Shown here in pieces: positions 35,428-44,082 of a stretch of 64,000 bases of DNA. The position numbers and the translations under genes are program-made. The notes below the pieces were generated by a model. That model ran no database searches. It saw nothing but the letters and a program-made list of their open reading frames with translations, and was not told the origin of the DNA. The stretch comes from Candidatus Omnitrophota bacterium (GTDB taxonomy: Bacteria; Omnitrophota; Gorgyraeia; Ghiorseimicrobiales; Ghiorseimicrobiaceae), in contig JAUXSB010000003.1 of the NCBI GenBank assembly GCA_030681595.1, forward strand, positions 95,207 to 159,206, given 5' to 3'. Positions within the stretch are counted from its first letter, which is position 1, and every line of letters begins with the position of its first letter.

Positions 35428-37315
35428 TCTCTTTCTTCGTATCGGCCGGACTAATATTGCACAATTTCCCGGTTAAAGGATCAAGAATGCCTACGTAAAT
35501 TTTATACTTTCCGCTACTAATGCCCGAAGAAATAGAAAACCAGTAATTTTCCTTTACGATCTCCTCTTCCTGCCAGGAACTAGTAGGATAAATACGGTAA
35601 CACAACGGATGAATCATACTCTGCCTGATCATATCGCTTGAATCTACCAGCACAATGGATAAAGAATAATCTTTAGCTATTTTACCAAGTGCCTGCCAGA
35701 AAAAAGTAATCAAAATTTTATCCTTTTTGCCGAAAATATTTTTTTCTAACTTATAACCTATAATTTTTATACTACCGTCAAAAACATCAGCCTTTAAATT
35801 GCTATCTAGAGCCGAACCGACTGATTCATAAAGGCCAAAATCCCCCTTGTAATCACGCTTAAAAAGAACAGTATTTTCTAACGCTCTTACGGGGCGTAAC
35901 TGCCACCTCGCCAAAAAGCTTCTTAAATCCGCATATCCTGCGTACGGCTGATAGAAATTATAAAAAGTCATACTATCATCAAAATCTATTAACGCAAACT
36001 CTGGCTGATCCAAAACAAGCAAACTGCTATCTTCGCTTAAAGATGTTCCCGCCAATACGCGGTGCAACGAATACAGGCTATCCGTAATATTAGATAGTTT
36101 AGGCAAAAAATTAAAAGTTGCGATTACGGAGCTATTTTTAGGTATTATTTTTATAAAATTATCTTTTTCTATCGCATCGCCTGTTAATAAGCATCCTTTC
36201 CTTATCTGACGCGATATATCAGGTTGCGGCCCTAACCGGATACTAAACGACAACGCCACAAAGATAATAGTTGCGCTGATTAAATATTTGTATTTTTGCG
36301 TTACGCTAGACTTGAGTAAAAATTTTAGCCCAAATACCGCGGATACAAAAATAAATGCGAGCATTTCAGAAGGATAATAGTAATATAGCGTTGTTTCAGT
36401 TTCTCTCAGAGAAAGTAGGTGTTGCAGAAAATTAGGCAAAACTGCTAATAGAATTACCGGATTTAAAAAAGAAAGAAAACTTAACGGCCCGAAAAGATTA
36501 AATAAGTACTCCATCTTTTGCGGCATAGCTATAAATTTTAACATCGCAATAGGATGAAATATAATTGTTTTAGCCATTTGCGCTGGTGTCGCTCCCAGAT
36601 GCGCATAGAGGCTGCCAGATATTGATTTTGCCTGAGCGAGATTCGGTAATATAATCAAGCCATAAAATAAGAGATAAAGAAACCCCGAGAGAAATGGCAA
36701 GGCGAACCATTTTTTTTCCTTCTTTTCAATCAAGGCGTATACACTAAGCATAATCAGGATTAAAGACATATTTTCCTTGCTTAGTAAGCATAAGAAATTG
36801 AATATTGCAAATTTTTTAAAATCATTTTTTATAAAAAAATATAATAAACAAAATTGTATAAACGGCAGGAAACTTTCCGGGTGAAATTCATTAAGATTGG
36901 TATAGCCGACCGCAGGGTACAATAAATAAATAATTACAAAAACCAAACCCCAAGCTTCGCTCAATAGCTTTCGCGCTATAAGAAACAATGGGATTGCCGC
37001 CAAAGCTAACATAAGGCTTTGTATCGCTAACAAAGTAACCGGATGCGGGAACAAGGCGTATATCGGGGCAATTAAAACTGCCGGCGTGATTTCAATATGG
37101 TTTTGAAGAAAATGCACGCCAATCAAAGAGATAAAAGACCTGCCGCTTATTAAGTTGCGAAAAGTCTGGTTATAGATAGCCAGATCCCAATCGCCATAAT
37201 TAAAATTAGCGTATCTGCAAAGGGAAACTTTCACAAATACGACTGCATATATGAAAATTAAGAAAAGTACAAAAAACCACAATATGCGGCTATAATTATT
37301 TCTGGCTATATTCAT
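35390..37315 (-). CDS. Polytopic membrane protein, DUF2079 / GT-C-like putative glycosyltransferase
   Basis: 641 aa with about 12 TM helices, then a roughly 250-aa soluble C-terminal domain. N-terminal region (DWDLAIYNQTFRNLISG) resembles the DUF2079 family. Confidence 0.5.
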   Translation of the reverse strand: MNIARNNYSRILWFFVLFLIFIYAVVFVKVSLCRYANFNYGDWDLAIYNQTFRNLISGRSFISLIGVHFLQNHIEITPAVLIAPIYALFPHPVTLLAIQSLMLALAAIPLFLIARKLLSEAWGLVFVIIYLLYPAVGYTNLNEFHPESFLPFIQFCLLYFFIKNDFKKFAIFNFLCLLSKENMSLILIMLSVYALIEKKEKKWFALPFLSGFLYLLFYGLIILPNLAQAKSISGSLYAHLGATPAQMAKTIIFHPIAMLKFIAMPQKMEYLFNLFGPLSFLSFLNPVILLAVLPNFLQHLLSLRETETTLYYYYPSEMLAFIFVSAVFGLKFLLKSSVTQKYKYLISATIIFVALSFSIRLGPQPDISRQIRKGCLLTGDAIEKDNFIKIIPKNSSVIATFNFLPKLSNITDSLYSLHRVLAGTSLSEDSSLLVLDQPEFALIDFDDSMTFYNFYQPYAGYADLRSFLARWQLRPVRALENTVLFKRDYKGDFGLYESVGSALDSNLKADVFDGSIKIIGYKLEKNIFGKKDKILITFFWQALGKIAKDYSLSIVLVDSSDMIRQSMIHPLCYRIYPTSSWQEEEIVKENYWFSISSGISSGKYKIYVGILDPLTGKLCNISPADTKKEIGWVELCGISIL

Positions 37316-37391
37316 AACTAATACTCAATAAACTCGCCCGACACCGTAAAAAAGACGGGGAATCCCAGTTGGCATGAAAATTTACTGGCCC

Positions 37392-37465
37392 CTGGATTAA
37401 TGTATGATTTTAATCCAGGGGCCTTGTTAAATAAATCCCGTTAGAGAACTCCGTCCTCTAACGGG
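37392..37465 (-). terminator. Tandem hairpins downstream of the K-rich ORF (candidate terminators)
   Basis: GGCCCCTGGATTAA-n9-TTAATCCAGGGGCC (14-bp perfect stem, 37392-37428). CCCGTTAGAG-n9-CTCTAACGGG (37437-37465). A U-rich tract follows on the minus strand. Confidence 0.55.
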
Positions 37466-37471
37466 ATAAAC

Positions 37472-37714
37472 TTACTTTTTTTTCTTCTTTTTTCCGCCTC
37501 TGACCATCTTAGCACAAGAGATATCGCCTTGCTTATCGACGAAGTAAAGATAACCTTTTTCTTTCTTTACTCCAACCTTAGCGACTACGGTAGGGCTTCC
37601 ACCCTTTTTCTTGCCGCGGGCCATCTTTGCGCGGGATATGTTGCCTTTTTTATCCACGAAATAAAGATAACCATCTTCTCTTTTTACTCCTGCCTTCGCT
37701 ACTTTAGCTGCCAT
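37472..37714 (-). CDS. Lysine-rich small protein built from two tandem roughly 38-aa repeats
   Basis: VAKAGVKREDGYLYFVDKKGNISRAKMARGKKKGG / VAKVGVKKEKGYLYFVDKQGDISCAKMVRGGKKKK, about 75% identical halves. Poly-Lys C-terminus. Confidence 0.5.
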   Translation of the reverse strand: MAAKVAKAGVKREDGYLYFVDKKGNISRAKMARGKKKGGSPTVVAKVGVKKEKGYLYFVDKQGDISCAKMVRGGKKKKKK

Positions 37715-37736
37715 TCTGCGTCACCCCCTTTCGCAA

Positions 37737-37776
37737 TTAGTTTGTTTGTTAGTTCGTTTGTTTGTTGGTTAACAAA
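37737..37776. repeat. GTTTGTTAGTT-type tandem/inverted repeat (left arm; partner 38160..38184)
   Basis: ttagtttgtttgttagttcgtttgtttgttggttaac. The reverse complement of 38160-38184 (cttgattagtttgttagtttggtag) matches it imperfectly (about 16/19 core). The pair brackets the split four-helix-bundle ORFs. Confidence 0.35.
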
Positions 37777-38055
37777 CGCTTCCGTTGACTATTTATAAAA
37801 GAATTTAGCTGTGGCGCTAAATTATCAATATCTAAAATGAAGTTTTCATAATTCTCTCTCGATAATAATTTTCTATGTAATGCCCTTCTCAACCAATATT
37901 TTGTTTCTTTTAGTGAACCTCTCGCTATATAAAGAAAATTTATTACATCCTTTAGGATGATATCTACCTTGACTCTCAATAATATTTGCCCCTATTGAAT
38001 CCGCGGCTTTCACTAATTGTCTGCCTACGATATCTTTTGAAAAATAATCCCACAC
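37749..38055 (-). pseudogene. Frameshifted four-helix-bundle protein (23S rRNA intervening-sequence protein family)
   Basis: ORF 37873..38055 encodes the N-terminal half (QLVKAADSIGANIIESQGRYHPK). Overlapping ORF 37749..37979, in another frame, encodes the C-terminal half (FLYIARGSLKETKYWLRRAL). Together they span one roughly 120-aa family member. Confidence 0.6.
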
Positions 38056-38159
38056 GATAACTTAATCCCAGATTTTATCAGCGATTTCTTCTGCTTTTTT
38101 GAGTATTCTTAAATCTTCACTCTGCTCAAAAGCCATTTTTCAGCTATCTATCCAACAAG

Positions 38160-38184
38160 CTACCAAACTAACAAACTAATCAAG
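38160..38184. repeat. Right arm of the inverted repeat flanking the four-helix-bundle pseudogene
   Basis: ctaccaaactaacaaactaatcaag; see 37737..37776. Confidence 0.35.
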
Positions 38185-38986
38185 TACCAATCTTCACAGC
38201 GTCAAAAATTTGCTTTAATGTGGCAATCGCCGAAAGGGATGCCAAATAACTCGTCTTAGGGTTATCCGGAGACGGCACATTTTCTGTGCGGGTAAAAATC
38301 CTCCCGGCCTCGGATTCAATTTCTACTTCATGGATATTACGGTCAATTCCCGGCGAAGCGATAATACGCACAAAAGTCCTCTTTGCTCCTAAGCCGGCCA
38401 AACTTAGAGTTGCCGCTACATTGATATTCTGCGGAAATTTCCTCACTGCCTCGCAAGCATTACCTTTAAAAATTAGTGTTTCCTTTTTTATGTTGCTAAA
38501 ATAATCCGGCAAAGATTTAACGGGCTTTCGTGTCGTAAGAGTAATCTTTTTGATTTTTGAAATTGCCGCCGCCTTTAAACCATCTAATCCGCAGATTCCG
38601 CCCGAAGGAAAATAGATAGACGCGTTTTTCTTGCGCGCCTTTTGTAATAGATCCTCCCTCTCTAATAACCCCCCTGTACTCATCACCAAAATATCTTTTC
38701 CTTGAGAAATTACCTTCTCTGCCAGTTGCGCAGAAATGCCTACAGAAGCGCTCTCCACGACAAGGTCGCTTAAACGGATTAATCTATCCAAAGAACAAAT
38801 TCCTATTTTTTTATCTTTTAATTTATTCTTTAATTTTTCTGCTTTATTCTTATCTATATCACAAAGAGCAACAAGTTTTGCATAACTGCTAAAGTCTTTG
38901 GTTATCGCTTTAGCAATCCGCGAACCGATTGCACCGCAACCAACTATACCGATTTTTAATATATTCTTTCTCTTAATCCTCACCAC
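38180..38986 (-). CDS. nadX: L-aspartate dehydrogenase (NadX family)
   Basis: KIGIVGCGAIGSRIA..LVALCD..DLVVESASVGISAQLAEKVISQGKDILVMSTGGL..PSGGICGLDGLKAAA..ITLTTRKP matches NadX throughout. Confidence 0.7.
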   Translation of the reverse strand: MVRIKRKNILKIGIVGCGAIGSRIAKAITKDFSSYAKLVALCDIDKNKAEKLKNKLKDKKIGICSLDRLIRLSDLVVESASVGISAQLAEKVISQGKDILVMSTGGLLEREDLLQKARKKNASIYFPSGGICGLDGLKAAAISKIKKITLTTRKPVKSLPDYFSNIKKETLIFKGNACEAVRKFPQNINVAATLSLAGLGAKRTFVRIIASPGIDRNIHEVEIESEAGRIFTRTENVPSPDNPKTSYLASLSAIATLKQIFDAVKIGT

Positions 38987-40293
38987 TTAATCCCTGCCTG
39001 CCCGCCAGAACGAAGTCGGGCTAGCCGGCAGTTAGGCTTAGCCATAACTAAAATATTATCAATCAACCTCGTTTTGCCAAACCACACAGCCAAAGCTATG
39101 ACAACTTCACCATTGATTTTATCAACCTTTTCCAATGTTTCTGTGTCTGCCATTTCTACATAATCAATGCGGGCATAAGCTATCTTTTTTATTTCCTTCG
39201 TTATATTCCTGATGATAACTTTAACCACACGCTCGCCTCTTTTTACCGAGGCTTCAGCATTCCTTAAACTACGATAGAGCACAACCGCATCTTTCCTCTC
39301 CTGGGGGCTTAAATAAACGTTGCGTGAACTCATTGCCAAGCCGTCTGGCTCACGCACAATGGGCACAACTTTCACTTTTAACGGAATATTAAGATCAGAA
39401 ATTATTTTTTCAATTACCCTTGCCTGCTGAAAATCCTTTTGTCCAAAATAAGCGGTATCCGGCTGCACTATATTAAACAATTTCGTAACAATGGTGGCAA
39501 CGCCGCGAAAATGGCCCGGCCGATACTTTCCACACAACCTTTCGGTAATTTTTTCTACGCTAACATAAGTTAAATAACCCTTAGGATAAACCGCCTTAAC
39601 ACCGGGATAAAAAATAGCATCAACGCCTATTTGTTTAAGCAGTTTTTCATCGCGTTTCAGATCCCGCGGGTAACGGCGAAAATCTTCTTTTGACCCAAAT
39701 TGCGCGGGATTTACAAAAATACTTACTACGACTTTATCGCAATCTTTCTTTGCTGCGCGAACGAGCGACAAATGCCCCTGGTGCAGGTAACCCATCGTCG
39801 GCACAAACCCTATTGTTTTATTTTCTGCGCGTAACAATTTGATAAAAGCGCGCATTGCAGATATAGTCCTTATAATTTTATGCTTAAATAACTCGGGCGC
39901 AACATCGGCGAGCGGTGTTAGCACAAAATCTCTTGCGTACATTCGTGGATGTGGGATGGCCAAATCTTTAGTTTTTATTCTTTGATTACCGTAAATGAGG
40001 ATATCTAAGTCGATAATGCGCGGCCCGAAGCGAAAAGTTTCATATCTCCCTAAGTCTTTCTCGATTTTCTTAAGGTGGGTTAATAATTCGCCGGCTTCTA
40101 AATTAGTCTGCAAACGGATGGCTCCATTTAAAAAATCATTCTGCCTAATATATCCTTCTGGCCTGGTCCGATAAAGCCTGGAAACTTTTTCGATTTTTAT
40201 GTTTTTAATCTTGCGTAGTTTAGCTATCGCTTTCTCGATGTTTTTTTCTCTATTTCCTAAATTCGAGCCGATACCGATAAAACAAATTACCAT
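38980..40293 (-). CDS. Bifunctional fusion: HPPK (FolK) N-terminal domain + pantoate--beta-alanine ligase (PanC) C-terminal domain
   Basis: N-terminus VICFIGIGSNLGNREKN..FLNGAIRLQT..LDILIYG..PHPRMYARDFVLTPL is HPPK. C-terminus TIGFVPTMGYLHQGHLSLV..SIFVNPAQFG..GHFRGVATIVTKLFNIVQP.AYFGQKDFQQ is PanC. Confidence 0.8.
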   Translation of the reverse strand: MVICFIGIGSNLGNREKNIEKAIAKLRKIKNIKIEKVSRLYRTRPEGYIRQNDFLNGAIRLQTNLEAGELLTHLKKIEKDLGRYETFRFGPRIIDLDILIYGNQRIKTKDLAIPHPRMYARDFVLTPLADVAPELFKHKIIRTISAMRAFIKLLRAENKTIGFVPTMGYLHQGHLSLVRAAKKDCDKVVVSIFVNPAQFGSKEDFRRYPRDLKRDEKLLKQIGVDAIFYPGVKAVYPKGYLTYVSVEKITERLCGKYRPGHFRGVATIVTKLFNIVQPDTAYFGQKDFQQARVIEKIISDLNIPLKVKVVPIVREPDGLAMSSRNVYLSPQERKDAVVLYRSLRNAEASVKRGERVVKVIIRNITKEIKKIAYARIDYVEMADTETLEKVDKINGEVVIALAVWFGKTRLIDNILVMAKPNCRLARLRSGGQAGIKW

Positions 40294-40294
40294 T

Positions 40295-41461
40295 CTATAT
40301 AATTTTTTTCAATCTATCCACCGCCTCTTTAATCTTGTCTTCTGAAGCGGTTAGCGCCATCCTCACATAACCCTCAGCGGATTTTCCAAAACCGCATCCC
40401 GGAGTAAGCACAATATCCGTTTTTTCTAAAAGCATTTGGGAAAACTTTATAGAAGACCTGTATTTTTTAGGCAGCCTTGCCCAGACATAAAAAGTGGCTT
40501 TCGGCTTATTTACCTGCCAGCCAAGCTGATTCAGGCCGTCAACTAATAAATCCCTGCGGCGCTGATAGAGTTTACACATAGTATCCACATATTCCCCGGG
40601 CCCGCTAAGCGCAGCAACCCCTGCCAGCTGTATCGCCGAAAAAATACCTGAGTCGATGTTCGACTTTACTTTCGCTAAAGCCGCCACCACCTTTTCGTTT
40701 CCGCAGGCCCAGCCAACGCGCCAGCCGGTCATATTATAGGTTTTGGAAAGCGAATGAAACTCAATGCCAACCTCTTTTGCGCCTTTTATCTCTAAAAAAC
40801 TCCTCGGCTTATATCCGTCAAAATTTATCTCCGAATATGCCGCATCATGTAAAACAATAATATTATATTTTAGTGCAAACTTAATTACATTTTCGTAAAA
40901 ACCGGCTTCTGCCGTAGCTGAAGTAGGATTGTTGGGATAGTTTAAAAACAAAAGCTTTGCTTTTTTAAGCACGCTTTTAGGAATACGTGATAAATCCGGT
41001 AAGAAGTTATTTTCCTCTTTAAGCGGCAGAATAAAAGGCGCACCTCCTGCCAAAATCGTGCCGCCCTTATACGGCGGATAACACGGCTCAGGCACCAAAG
41101 AATAATCCCCCTTATTAAGGAAAGCAAGCGGTATATGCGCGATGCCTTCTTTTGAACCGATTAAAGGGAGGATCTCTTTATCCTGAGAAAGCTCCACCCT
41201 AAAACGATTGATATACCACTTTCGAATAGCAGTCCTTAAAGCCGGCATGCCCTGATCTAAAGCATAACGGTGATTAGCAGGGTCGCATGCAGCTTCGTAT
41301 AACTTTTCAATGATATGTTTCGGCGTAGGCTGGTCGGGATCACCTATGCCTAAATCAATTAAATCCCTGCCCTGCGCGCGCGCCTGCCTTTTCGCCTTGT
41401 CAATTTCAGCGAACAGATATGGCGGCAACTTCTTTAAATTATCAGACAATCCTACCTTCAT
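40295..41461 (-). CDS. dapL: LL-diaminopimelate aminotransferase (DapL-type class I aminotransferase)
   Basis: 388 aa PLP aminotransferase (LPPYLFAEIDKAKRQARAQGRDLIDLGIGDPD; SKTYNMTGWRVGWA) embedded in the dapB/dapA/dapF/lysA operon. Confidence 0.7.
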   Translation of the reverse strand: MKVGLSDNLKKLPPYLFAEIDKAKRQARAQGRDLIDLGIGDPDQPTPKHIIEKLYEAACDPANHRYALDQGMPALRTAIRKWYINRFRVELSQDKEILPLIGSKEGIAHIPLAFLNKGDYSLVPEPCYPPYKGGTILAGGAPFILPLKEENNFLPDLSRIPKSVLKKAKLLFLNYPNNPTSATAEAGFYENVIKFALKYNIIVLHDAAYSEINFDGYKPRSFLEIKGAKEVGIEFHSLSKTYNMTGWRVGWACGNEKVVAALAKVKSNIDSGIFSAIQLAGVAALSGPGEYVDTMCKLYQRRRDLLVDGLNQLGWQVNKPKATFYVWARLPKKYRSSIKFSQMLLEKTDIVLTPGCGFGKSAEGYVRMALTASEDKIKEAVDRLKKII

Positions 41462-41485
41462 TTTTTATTTTTTCCTTTTTTGGCT

Positions 41486-42199
41486 TTAACTTTTTAGCAC
41501 ATCCTGCATGGAATAAAGCCCAGCGGGCTTTCCAAAAACCCATTTCGCGGCCGCAAGCGCACCCAAAGCAAATAAATCCCGGGAATGCGCCTGATGCTTT
41601 ATTTCAATACGCTCGGAATTCCCGCAGAAAATTACTGTATGGTCTCCAACAATATCCCCTAACCTTATCGCATGTGTGGGTATATCTTTTTTAGTAACAT
41701 GCGCCAAAACCTCTGCCATCTTTTTAGCTGTGCCCGAGGGAGCGTCTTTTTTAGCTTTATGGTGCGCCTCTACTATTTCAATGCTATAATCCGGGCCTAA
41801 CCTTCTTGCTATCTCCGGCAATATCGAAAATAAAACATTAACCCCGATAGACATATTCGGTGAAAAAACTACTGGTACAATTCTCGCAATTTCATTAATT
41901 TTTTTAATTTGTGCCTCATTAAATCCGGTAGTACCCAACACCAAAGCCTTTTTGTATTTAGCAATATAGCCTAAATTCTCTATGCTTGCCTCAGGCACAG
42001 TAAAGTCTATAAATATATCTACCAAAAATAACCCATCGGGGCTGGAAGATATTTTTAGTTTTCCCAAGTCTTTACCGATCATCGGCGTACCTTTCATCTC
42101 CAGAGCAAAAGACAATTCAAATTCTTTATCCTGACTGGCCAAAGCAAAAATTCTTCCTCCCATTTTGCCGCAGGCACCAGCAATACCTAATTTAATCAT
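41486..42199 (-). CDS. dapB: 4-hydroxy-tetrahydrodipicolinate reductase (DapB)
   Basis: MIKLGIAGACGKMGGRI.. Likely ATG start preceded by GAGGAG. The ORF-track TTG start at 42304 lies inside the leader cassette and is probably not used. Confidence 0.85.
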   Translation of the reverse strand: MIKLGIAGACGKMGGRIFALASQDKEFELSFALEMKGTPMIGKDLGKLKISSSPDGLFLVDIFIDFTVPEASIENLGYIAKYKKALVLGTTGFNEAQIKKINEIARIVPVVFSPNMSIGVNVLFSILPEIARRLGPDYSIEIVEAHHKAKKDAPSGTAKKMAEVLAHVTKKDIPTHAIRLGDIVGDHTVIFCGNSERIEIKHQAHSRDLFALGALAAAKWVFGKPAGLYSMQDVLKS

Positions 42200-42247
42200 A
42201 GTAAACTCCTCAATGAGCGCATAACTTACGAATGCATAGCATGAGTA

Positions 42248-42304
42248 AGTTATTTGCGCGAATTGATGCCGAAAGCTGCGAGAAAATTTGTTACAAATTT
42301 TCAA
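42248..42304 (-). promoter_or_regulatory. Conserved 5' leader cassette (copy 2) with perfect palindrome AAATTTGT-a-ACAAATTT, upstream of dapB
   Basis: Minus-strand read cttgaaaatttgtaacaaattttctcgcagctttcggcatcaattcgcgcaaataac, near-identical to 4154-4210. Confidence 0.55.
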
Positions 42305-42328
42305 GTGTTTTGCTTTCGGCGCAACTCC

Positions 42329-43204
42329 TTATAACAATCCGTACTCCTTCAACGCCTTCTTTAGTTTCTCCAGATTTTCAGGCGACATCGGGCACAAAGG
42401 AAGCCTTAAATCCGGCTCACACATCCCCAATAAGCCCATCGCAGTTTTAATCGGAATGGGATTGGTTTCTAAAAATACTGCTTTAATCAAAGGCAATAAT
42501 TTATAGTGCATGTTTTGCGCCTTCTTAATATGCCCTTTTTCAAATTCGCTGACTAAAGTAGCCACATCGCGAGGTACAATGTTTGATACCACCGAAATTA
42601 TGCCGCAACCGCCGATGGCTAAAAGCGGCAGGGTTAAACTATCATCTCCGGAAATAAGAACAAAATTTTCCGGGCAAAGCAACTTTATCCGCGACATTTG
42701 GTCGAGACTCCCCGATGCCTCTTTTACACCAACAATATTTTCGCAATCTTTGGCTAATCGCGCAATAGTCTCCGGCTCGATATTTACTCCGGTACGCGAA
42801 GCGATATTATAAAGGATAATTGGGATATCCACCGAGCTGGCTATCGCTTTAAAATGCTCATACAGCCCCTTCTGCGTCGGACGGTTATAATAAGGAGAAA
42901 CCTGTAAAGAGGCGTCTGCGCCTGCGCGTTCGGCATGCTTGGTTAAAATTATCGCCTCCTCTGTAGAATTAGCACCTGTTCCGGCGATAACCAGAACCCT
43001 TTTATTTACTTTTTCAATGGTAATTTCAATCACCCGTTCGTGCTCGGCCATAGAAAGCGTGGGCGATTCTCCGGTTGTACCGCAAGGAACAATGCCTGAA
43101 GTGCCATTTTTAATCTGGAATTCTATTAATTCCTTTAATTTTTTTTCATCGAGCTTGCTGTTTTTGAAAGGCGTGACAATCGCGGTCATTGAACCCTTAA
43201 ACAT
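42329..43204 (-). CDS. dapA: 4-hydroxy-tetrahydrodipicolinate synthase (DapA)
   Basis: GSMTAIVTPF..GIVPCGTTGESPTLS..VIAGTGANST matches DapA. Likely start is ATG at 43204 preceded by AAGGAGAG, overlapping the dapF stop by 8 nt. Confidence 0.9.
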   Translation of the reverse strand: MFKGSMTAIVTPFKNSKLDEKKLKELIEFQIKNGTSGIVPCGTTGESPTLSMAEHERVIEITIEKVNKRVLVIAGTGANSTEEAIILTKHAERAGADASLQVSPYYNRPTQKGLYEHFKAIASSVDIPIILYNIASRTGVNIEPETIARLAKDCENIVGVKEASGSLDQMSRIKLLCPENFVLISGDDSLTLPLLAIGGCGIISVVSNIVPRDVATLVSEFEKGHIKKAQNMHYKLLPLIKAVFLETNPIPIKTAMGLLGMCEPDLRLPLCPMSPENLEKLKKALKEYGLL

Positions 43205-44039
43205 AGTTATACTCTCCTTTAAAGACAATTTTTGCTTTTCCTTCCAGGCAAACATTTTTAAAACTGTTGCCAACCGTATCAAAATAAACTTTTAGTACTT
43301 CCCCGCCTTGAGTCCTTACATTAATTTTACGCATAGCGCATGGCGCATAACGCATAGCAGCAATTAACGCCGAGGCGACAGACCCTGTCCCGCAGGCAAG
43401 CGTTTCATCCTCTACCCCTCTTTCATAGGTACGCACTTTTATAGAATCATCATTCAATATTTGTACAAAATTTACATTTGTGCCGCCAGGCTTAAATTCT
43501 TTATGCTGCCGGATTTCTCTTCCGATATCGGCCACATCAATTTTATCTAGCCCTTCAACAAAAATAACTGTGTGCGGAACACCGGTATTAATAAAATTAA
43601 CTTTTATCAAACGACCTTTAATCTTAATCGGAACATCTAATTTCACATCTTTTGGGCTAGTAAGCTTTATTCTAACATTAGCGCCATTAACTTCCGATTC
43701 AATAATTCCTGCCCTTGTTTCTATTTTAATTTTTTTCTGGTTGCTGGTTACTGGTTTCTGGCCTGTGCCCGAAAGGGTATTTCTTGCGCTGTAAAGCGCA
43801 GCACATCGCGCGCCATTACCGCACATCTGGGCATGGGAACCATCGGCATTAAAAATACGCATTTTTATATCAGCGGTTTTGGTCTTCTCTAGCAATAATA
43901 AGCCATCCGCGCCAACGCCATATTTCCTATTACATACCTTCTTGGCTAAATCTCTTAGTTCTAAGTTCTTAGTTCTTAGTTCTGTAATAACAAAGTCATT
44001 ACCGGAGGCAACCATTTTGGTAAAATTTATTTTTTCCAT
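43197..44039 (-). CDS. dapF: Diaminopimelate epimerase (DapF) carrying an in-frame roughly 12-aa insertion
   Basis: FTKMVASGNDFVI..GADGLLLLE..CGNGARCAALY are DapF motifs. Insertion SGTGQKPVTSNQ lies between CGNGARC...RNTL and KKIKIETRAG. Confidence 0.9.
   Translation of the reverse strand: MEKINFTKMVASGNDFVITELRTKNLELRDLAKKVCNRKYGVGADGLLLLEKTKTADIKMRIFNADGSHAQMCGNGARCAALYSARNTLSGTGQKPVTSNQKKIKIETRAGIIESEVNGANVRIKLTSPKDVKLDVPIKIKGRLIKVNFINTGVPHTVIFVEGLDKIDVADIGREIRQHKEFKPGGTNVNFVQILNDDSIKVRTYERGVEDETLACGTGSVASALIAAMRYAPCAMRKINVRTQGGEVLKVYFDTVGNSFKNVCLEGKAKIVFKGEYNYV
43734..43790. repeat. Intragenic repeat module, copy B (in-frame within dapF)
   Basis: ttttttCTGGTTGCTGGTTACTGGTTTCTGGCCTGTGCCCGAAAGGGTATttc, homologous to 17778-17832 in uvrA. 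Confidence 0.75.
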
Positions 44040-44082
44040 CTTAAAACCCGTTCAACCGATTCAACCGCGGGGGTTGACACGG

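Noticed and set aside
42200-42328. Lysine (L-box) riboswitch upstream of dapB
   Set aside because: The region is only about 130 nt and lacks the L-box multi-stem junction; the conserved portion is the cassette shared with the pilin leader.
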